DNA from: Candidatus Hermodarchaeota archaeon
GTDB lineage: Archaea; Asgardarchaeota; Lokiarchaeia; Sigyniarchaeales; SOKP01
Direction: 5' to 3'
Assembly (NCBI GenBank): GCA_048885925.1
Contig: JBHLLG010000078.1
Span: forward strand, 1 to 12,844
DNA: 12,844 bases
Position numbers and translations under genes: made by a program. Position 1 is the stretch's first letter. Each line of letters begins with the position of its first letter. This document shows positions 7,512 through 12,844 of this stretch, piece after piece. The notes below the pieces were generated by a model. That model worked only from the letters and a program-made list of their open reading frames with translations, ran no database searches and was not told the origin of the DNA.

Positions 7512-8177
7512 ATGACAATAATAACCACAAAAAAGCCCTTTGAAGAAGTTTTAGGCGCTTTGCGAAATGTAAAAAAGATCGGACTTGTATCTTGTGGTAG
7601 TTGTGCTGCAATGTGCCAAACTGGTGGTACAGAAGGCGCTAAAGAAATGGCTGAGAAATTAGAACAGGAAGGATTTGAAGTTGTTGTCACGATTGTTCCT
7701 GAAGAAGTTTGTGACAATCGAGTTATGATGAAAGATTTTCGGCAAATAGATGAAGATTTAAAGAATATCGATGCCATTTTGACACTAAGTTGTGGATTAG
7801 GGGTTGCAAGTATTACTAATGTTCTTGAAAGGAAATATCCTCATATTCCTGTGTTTATTGGGACAAATACAGAATTCATGGGCATGACAGAAAGAATTGG
7901 TCGCTTCTATATGCGATGTCGCGGCTGTGGTGATTGTTTATTAAATGAAACAGGAGGGATTTGTCCAATTACAACCTGTGCTAAATCCCTTATGAATGGT
8001 CCTTGTGGAGGCATGGTTAAGGGAAAATGTGAAGTTGGGAATTATGAGAAGGATTGTGGATGGATTTTAATTTTTAATCGCTTGAAAGAGTTAGGAAGGC
8101 TCGATTTATATACTAAATTGAGAGATCCAGTGGATTGGAGTGAATCTGGTCACCAAAGAGAAGTGGTTTGGAGGTAG
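7512..8177 (+). CDS. metV: methylenetetrahydrofolate reductase small, Cys-rich subunit (MetV-like)
   Basis: SCGSCAAMCQTGG, SCGLG, CRGCGDCLLNETGGICPITTCAKSLMNGPCGG...GKCEV...CGW motifs; directly upstream of metF. Confidence 0.9.
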   Translation: MTIITTKKPFEEVLGALRNVKKIGLVSCGSCAAMCQTGGTEGAKEMAEKLEQEGFEVVVTIVPEEVCDNRVMMKDFRQIDEDLKNIDAILTLSCGLGVASITNVLERKYPHIPVFIGTNTEFMGMTERIGRFYMRCRGCGDCLLNETGGICPITTCAKSLMNGPCGGMVKGKCEVGNYEKDCGWILIFNRLKELGRLDLYTKLRDPVDWSESGHQREVVWR

Positions 8178-8184
8178 ATGAGTT

Positions 8185-9117
8185 ATGGCAGAGAAAAAGA
8201 TTTATTCAAAATTAGGGGAGAAGCTTGCGAATGGAGAATTCATATTAACAGGAGAGCTTGAGCCTGAAAAGACGTGTGATCTTTCCCATACAATAGAAGA
8301 AGCTAAAGAGATGGCACCTTATGTAGTAGCGGCAAATGTAACAGATAGCCCACTAGGAATTGTCACAATTAATAGTATGGCAGCATCTTATATTATTCAG
8401 GATGCATCTGGTTTAGAATGTATTTGGCAATTAACGGTTCGAGATGTAAATAAATTAGGGATTGCAGGTATGATAATGGGAGGTCATGCCTTAGGATTGA
8501 GAAATATACTTTCTCTTACGGGAGATCATCCCTTTCTGGGTGATATGAAAGAATCTAAACCCGTTTTTGACCTTGATTCTGCAACTTTAGTTAAACTTGT
8601 TCGAGAAATGGTTGATAAAAAATCAATAAATGGTAATGAGATTGAACATCCTCCAACATTTCATGTAGGAGCTGCTGCAAATCCAAATGCTGATCCTATG
8701 GAAGCAGAAATCCTTAAAATAGGGAGAAAGGCTGAAGCAGGGGCTGAATTTATACAGACTCAGGTTGTATATGATTTAGATAGAACTATTGAATTTTTAA
8801 GTGAGATTAAAAAGTATAATGTTCCTGTTTTACTTGGAATTTTTCCAATGAAAAGCTATAGTATTGCAAAAGGTTTCGACATGTTTGTTCCGGGCGTGGA
8901 TGTGCCAAAAGACATTTTAGCTAAATGGAAAAATATCAAAACAGAATTTAAAGATGATAAAAAGGAACAGAATAGAATGTATGATCAAGCCAATTATGAA
9001 TTTTTCAAACCTTTTATTTCAGAGCTCAAGAGAAAGGATTTGTTGGCTGGTGTACATTGTATGGCTGTTCATTATCCTCGGATTTTCCCTAAATTGGTGG
9101 AGGTAATTAAAGCTTAG
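8185..9117 (+). CDS. metF: 5,10-methylenetetrahydrofolate reductase catalytic subunit
   Basis: T.ELEP, NVTDSP, QLTVRDVN, NILSLTGDHP, GAAANP, K..AGAEFIQTQVVYD, GVHCM; SD GGAGGT at the end of metV. Confidence 0.95.
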   Translation: MAEKKIYSKLGEKLANGEFILTGELEPEKTCDLSHTIEEAKEMAPYVVAANVTDSPLGIVTINSMAASYIIQDASGLECIWQLTVRDVNKLGIAGMIMGGHALGLRNILSLTGDHPFLGDMKESKPVFDLDSATLVKLVREMVDKKSINGNEIEHPPTFHVGAAANPNADPMEAEILKIGRKAEAGAEFIQTQVVYDLDRTIEFLSEIKKYNVPVLLGIFPMKSYSIAKGFDMFVPGVDVPKDILAKWKNIKTEFKDDKKEQNRMYDQANYEFFKPFISELKRKDLLAGVHCMAVHYPRIFPKLVEVIKA

Positions 9118-9198
9118 CAAATTATTAATTAATTTTTTTATTTTTTCCTTAACAATTGAGAAATATTACTTTTGGAAACATAAGATATGATTTATTCC

Positions 9199-10011
9199 TT
9201 ATAAGCACGATTTGAGCAAATCCTTAATAACCTTCCAGAAATCTTTTGGATTTTCAAAAAACATATTATGACCAGTATTAGGTATATAGATAACCGGTAA
9301 ATTCTGGCTTTTAACTAATTCTTCCGATGTGAATCTTCCTTTATTTTTCTCTCCGAATATAAAATATACTGGAAATTCAATTAACTTTTGTAATCGAGGA
9401 AGCAACTCATTTGCCTCAGATAACTTTACTACATCATAAGCCGATCCCCAGATTGAATAGGGTCCATTTATACTATAATCTAAATTAATTTGGATAATCA
9501 TATCCTCTACCCAATCGTTAAATTTTGTTTTAAATTCTTCAAAAGGATATTGAGAAATAGTTGAAGATAAAAAGGTATCGTTCTTATCAAGATTCCCTTC
9601 AAGGTAAAACAAACCCTTTACTTGAATCTCCCTATGTGACTGATTTTGGATTTTATCGATGAGGGAAATTGCCACGGGACCTCCCATGGAATGTGCAATT
9701 ATTATAACCTTACGAACTTTTTCAAAAAGTAAGAGTTCAAATAGATATCGACCTTGATTTTCCATACTGTAAACTTCAAGTTTATCAGGTTTTTCAGATT
9801 CACCAAATCCTATCAGATGAGGAATTATCCAGGAGAAATTAGAGAGAGAGTATTCATTATGTTGACGAGTAAATTCTTCCATAAACAATGAATTTATGGG
9901 CCCTAAACCGTGAATATATAATATAATCACATTATTTTTTCCACCTATAAATTTATAATATATTAAATTGCCCGCGTTTGTTTGAAGTGTTCTTTTCATT
10001 GTTTCTGCCAT
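9199..10011 (-). CDS. alpha/beta fold hydrolase
   Basis: YIHGLG oxyanion loop, LIGFGES, nucleophile elbow AHSMGG, catalytic His in TGHNM. Confidence 0.92.
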   Translation of the reverse strand: MAETMKRTLQTNAGNLIYYKFIGGKNNVIILYIHGLGPINSLFMEEFTRQHNEYSLSNFSWIIPHLIGFGESEKPDKLEVYSMENQGRYLFELLLFEKVRKVIIIAHSMGGPVAISLIDKIQNQSHREIQVKGLFYLEGNLDKNDTFLSSTISQYPFEEFKTKFNDWVEDMIIQINLDYSINGPYSIWGSAYDVVKLSEANELLPRLQKLIEFPVYFIFGEKNKGRFTSEELVKSQNLPVIYIPNTGHNMFFENPKDFWKVIKDLLKSCL

Positions 10012-10246
10012 TGTTTTCTCACTAACGTGATTAAGGAATATTGGCTAAAATATTTTGTTTTTTTTGAACTTAATATCGTAAATTAATTGGAGTAAAAGCT
10101 TAAGGCTCTTGTTAATAAAATCTTTTTCTTTTATCTTTTTCCTTTAGAAAGAATAGTTTATCAAAAACCAATATAAGTGTAGGAATAATTAACTATATAT
10201 AAATTATAAAAATGTATATAATAAAACTTAAAGATAAGAAAAAATC

Positions 10247-10669
10247 ATGTCTAAGGAAAATCTAGACTTTTTAAGGAGCCATTTAGGTTATACTGATGAA
10301 GAAATGAAAGTTTTTATGGAAAATCCAAATAATATGGAAGTTCTTAAGAGAGCTCCTAAATTAATGAATAAGACAATTGTATTAGAAGTGGTTGAGTCTC
10401 ATGGCTGCAACAGTCAGCATAAGGTTGGAGATAAATTTTACTTCGATGGTTATGGGAATTTGTTAACTAAACTTTGTCCGAAAAGAATCTGTATTTCTGC
10501 GTTGGGTGCTGCGGAAAATTTAATACATACTGCTAATGCCTTGATGTTTGCTGACCAAGATCCAAATGAGCTATTATTTAAAAGAGCAGGATGCCCTGAT
10601 GTAGGATTAAAATGTGGTGGCTGGGGTAAAATTGTTATGGAACTTAAAGTAATAGATCGTGAAAGATAA
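10247..10669 (+). CDS. TIGR04076-like Cys-containing protein (140 aa)
   Basis: EVVESHGCNSQHKVGDKFYFDG...C..A....CPD.......V.ELK pattern typical of this family; recognised by eye. Confidence 0.7.
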   Translation: MSKENLDFLRSHLGYTDEEMKVFMENPNNMEVLKRAPKLMNKTIVLEVVESHGCNSQHKVGDKFYFDGYGNLLTKLCPKRICISALGAAENLIHTANALMFADQDPNELLFKRAGCPDVGLKCGGWGKIVMELKVIDRER

Positions 10670-10874
10670 TAAGTAAACCTCTTAAAATTAATCGAAACTT
10701 AATGATATCCTACTAACAACTGCATTTAAGAATTTTTAATTTCTATTTTAATATTTTTTCATAATTATATTTGAGATCTCTCAAAATAGCATAATCTTCT
10801 TTTTCACAAATATGTAAAGATTTAAATCTAAATTCCGATTAAATTAAACTTAAGAAATTCAATGGTAATTAAAA

Positions 10875-12032
10875 ATGGATATAAGTGACACAAAAATAGG
10901 AATTGAAAGTACAATTATCCCTCCTTTTGAAACTAACCTCAAGGCAGCAAATATGTATGAGAAACTTGGTTTCGATTCTCTATGGTTTGGAGATCATATA
11001 ATGTCCTTATGGCCTGATGCAATTTGGACACCAGATATTGTAAATATGGCATCATATATGAAAAATCCTCATGATATGTATAACGCATTTCCAACTATGG
11101 CTGTGGTGGCTAACAATACAAAAAAAGTATTTTTAGGGACCTCAGTTACAGAAAGTTTTCGACATCCACCTTCATTACTTGCGCATATGATTCTGACTAT
11201 AGATCATATTTCAAAAGGTAGGGTAATTCTAGGAATAGGTGCTGGCGAGGGAGAAAATATTGTTCCTTATGGGATTAAATGGGAAAAACCAATTGGGCGT
11301 TTAGAAGAGGCTATTAAAATTATTAAACTTCTATGGAAGCATGATAAAAAAGTAAATTTTGAGGGAAATTTTTGGAAATTAAAAGATGCTGTTCTCTCTT
11401 TAAAACCATATAAGAAAAATAAACCACCTCCTATATGGATAGGTGCTTTTAAACCTAAAATGCTTGAGTTAACAGGTAAAATAGGAGATGGATGGTTGCC
11501 ATATAATTTAAATCCTAAAAGATATAAAGAACGTCTCGAAATAATTCAAAGGTCAGCAAAAAATGAAGGACGTAATCCAGATGAAATAACATCTGGAATT
11601 GAGGTGAGTGTAATCATTGATGAAAAAATCGAAGAATGTGATAAAATGATTGAACATCCTCTTGTAAAAAATCATTTATTGTTTTCAGATAATGAAACAT
11701 TTAAAGAGTATGGTCTTTCACATCCATTTGGGGATAATTTCTATGGAATTTTAGATTACATTCCAACAAGGTATGATAAAAAAACTCTAATAGACGCTTT
11801 TGAGAAGATTCCAATAGAGATGTGCAAAGATTTTTATCTAGTTGGGACACCAGATGATATTATTGGGAAATTAGAAGAATATGCTAAAATAGGGGTAAAA
11901 CATATAGTAATTCATAATTTAACAAGCGCCTGCGATATTAGAAAGGTACAAAGCTCTACTTTATGCATTAAAAAAGTTTTAGATCATATTAAGGAAGATG
12001 AATTGAAAATGATCGAACCTATTCCAGGCTAA
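10875..12032 (+). CDS. LLM-class (luciferase-like) flavin- or F420-dependent oxidoreductase
   Basis: GFDSLWFGDH, RHP..LA....TIDHISKGRVILGIGAG, PPIWIGA..P.ML.LTG.IGDGW, VGTPDDIIGKL. Confidence 0.93.
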   Translation: MDISDTKIGIESTIIPPFETNLKAANMYEKLGFDSLWFGDHIMSLWPDAIWTPDIVNMASYMKNPHDMYNAFPTMAVVANNTKKVFLGTSVTESFRHPPSLLAHMILTIDHISKGRVILGIGAGEGENIVPYGIKWEKPIGRLEEAIKIIKLLWKHDKKVNFEGNFWKLKDAVLSLKPYKKNKPPPIWIGAFKPKMLELTGKIGDGWLPYNLNPKRYKERLEIIQRSAKNEGRNPDEITSGIEVSVIIDEKIEECDKMIEHPLVKNHLLFSDNETFKEYGLSHPFGDNFYGILDYIPTRYDKKTLIDAFEKIPIEMCKDFYLVGTPDDIIGKLEEYAKIGVKHIVIHNLTSACDIRKVQSSTLCIKKVLDHIKEDELKMIEPIPG

Positions 12033-12060
12033 ATAATATAAATCAATATACTAATTTTTT

Positions 12061-12844
12061 TTAAGCTATTTTAATAGGTTTTCCAACTTTCAAGTCCGTG
12101 TAAGCTTCTTTAAATGTATCTTTAAAAGCATCTATACTTTCCATACTGCTATCATGTGGTGAAAGCGCGACCAGTTTAGGTTTTCTTGCTTTTAGATACT
12201 CTATGGTGTCATCTCGATCCCTTTTATGCCAAGGCTCCCAAGGAGGTCTTCTTGTTACAATAAATTTATATATAGGTAATCCTGCCAATGTTATATCATC
12301 TCCGGGGAATTCTGGGATTGGTAAATGTAATCCTCCTATAATTCCATAAATAGGAGTATCAAATAAAGCTTCAGTACGATCTATTATTTTATGTATTCCT
12401 TGATGTCCACAACCGACTATGATTAGAATTCCTTTTCCTTTGACATTTATAGCAAGTGCCTGTTCGAATGTATCTCCAAAGAAAAACATAGGATTCCGTA
12501 TTGAACCTATAGAAGCGATTCCATTTGTGATAACAATCGGTTCTTTTACATGATGAACCTTAGCTGTGGGGTGATTCATTGAAACAGGTGTAAATGCTTT
12601 CACATGATTTAAATTAACCTGGGTTCCTGAAAGCGAGAATGTATTATTACTAGCCCATTTAGATCCTCCTACATGGTCACCATGCAAATGGGATATGACA
12701 ACATAATTAAAATCTTCTAATGTAATCCCTAATGACTCCATATTTTTCAGGAGTGGAGAAGGATGTATTTCTTTGTCATTTAAGCCTGTATCAAATAAAA
12801 TACCTGTATCGTCCGCTTTAATGTAATAAGAAACTCCTTCTTCA
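12061..12844 (-). CDS. MBL-fold metallo-hydrolase (COG1237-like), 5'-truncated by the window edge
   Basis: Frame stays open upstream of the ORF-track ATG to the window end (EEGVSYYIKADDTGILFDTGLN...LLKNM); motifs SHLHGDHVGG, EQAL, GCGHQG, GGLHL. Confidence 0.9.
   Translation of the reverse strand, partial: EEGVSYYIKADDTGILFDTGLNDKEIHPSPLLKNMESLGITLEDFNYVVISHLHGDHVGGSKWASNNTFSLSGTQVNLNHVKAFTPVSMNHPTAKVHHVKEPIVITNGIASIGSIRNPMFFFGDTFEQALAINVKGKGILIIVGCGHQGIHKIIDRTEALFDTPIYGIIGGLHLPIPEFPGDDITLAGLPIYKFIVTRRPPWEPWHKRDRDDTIEYLKARKPKLVALSPHDSSMESIDAFKDTFKEAYTDLKVGKPIKIA

Noticed and set aside
7505-7777. 90-aa minus-strand ORF
   Set aside because: Antisense shadow of metV.
1-12844. CRISPR array, tRNA/rRNA genes, transposase
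   Set aside because: No periodic repeats, GC-rich cloverleaf or rRNA-like tracts, or transposase motifs were seen.

Overview
AT-rich archaeal window. Gene content, Shine-Dalgarno/TATA style and small lineage-type hypothetical genes suggest an Asgard (Loki/Promethearchaeia-like) archaeon, which is an inference. Left part: hypothetical and membrane proteins, a winged-helix protein, a decayed TPR gene, and two small divergent genes around a palindrome-rich 590-bp spacer. Centre: indolepyruvate:ferredoxin oxidoreductase iorA-iorB (minus strand), divergent from a metV-metF methylene-THF reductase pair. Right part: alpha/beta hydrolase, TIGR04076-like protein, LLM-class oxidoreductase and a 5'-truncated MBL-fold hydrolase. 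Main observation: iorB is interrupted by a 31-nt insertion (5060-5090) containing a stop and a frameshift. It folds by hand into a bulge-helix-bulge (BHB) motif whose two canonical endonuclease cut sites fall exactly on boundaries that restore the conserved GSE-MHGLAQR motif. This is a candidate tRNA-type (EndA-spliced) intron in a metabolic mRNA.
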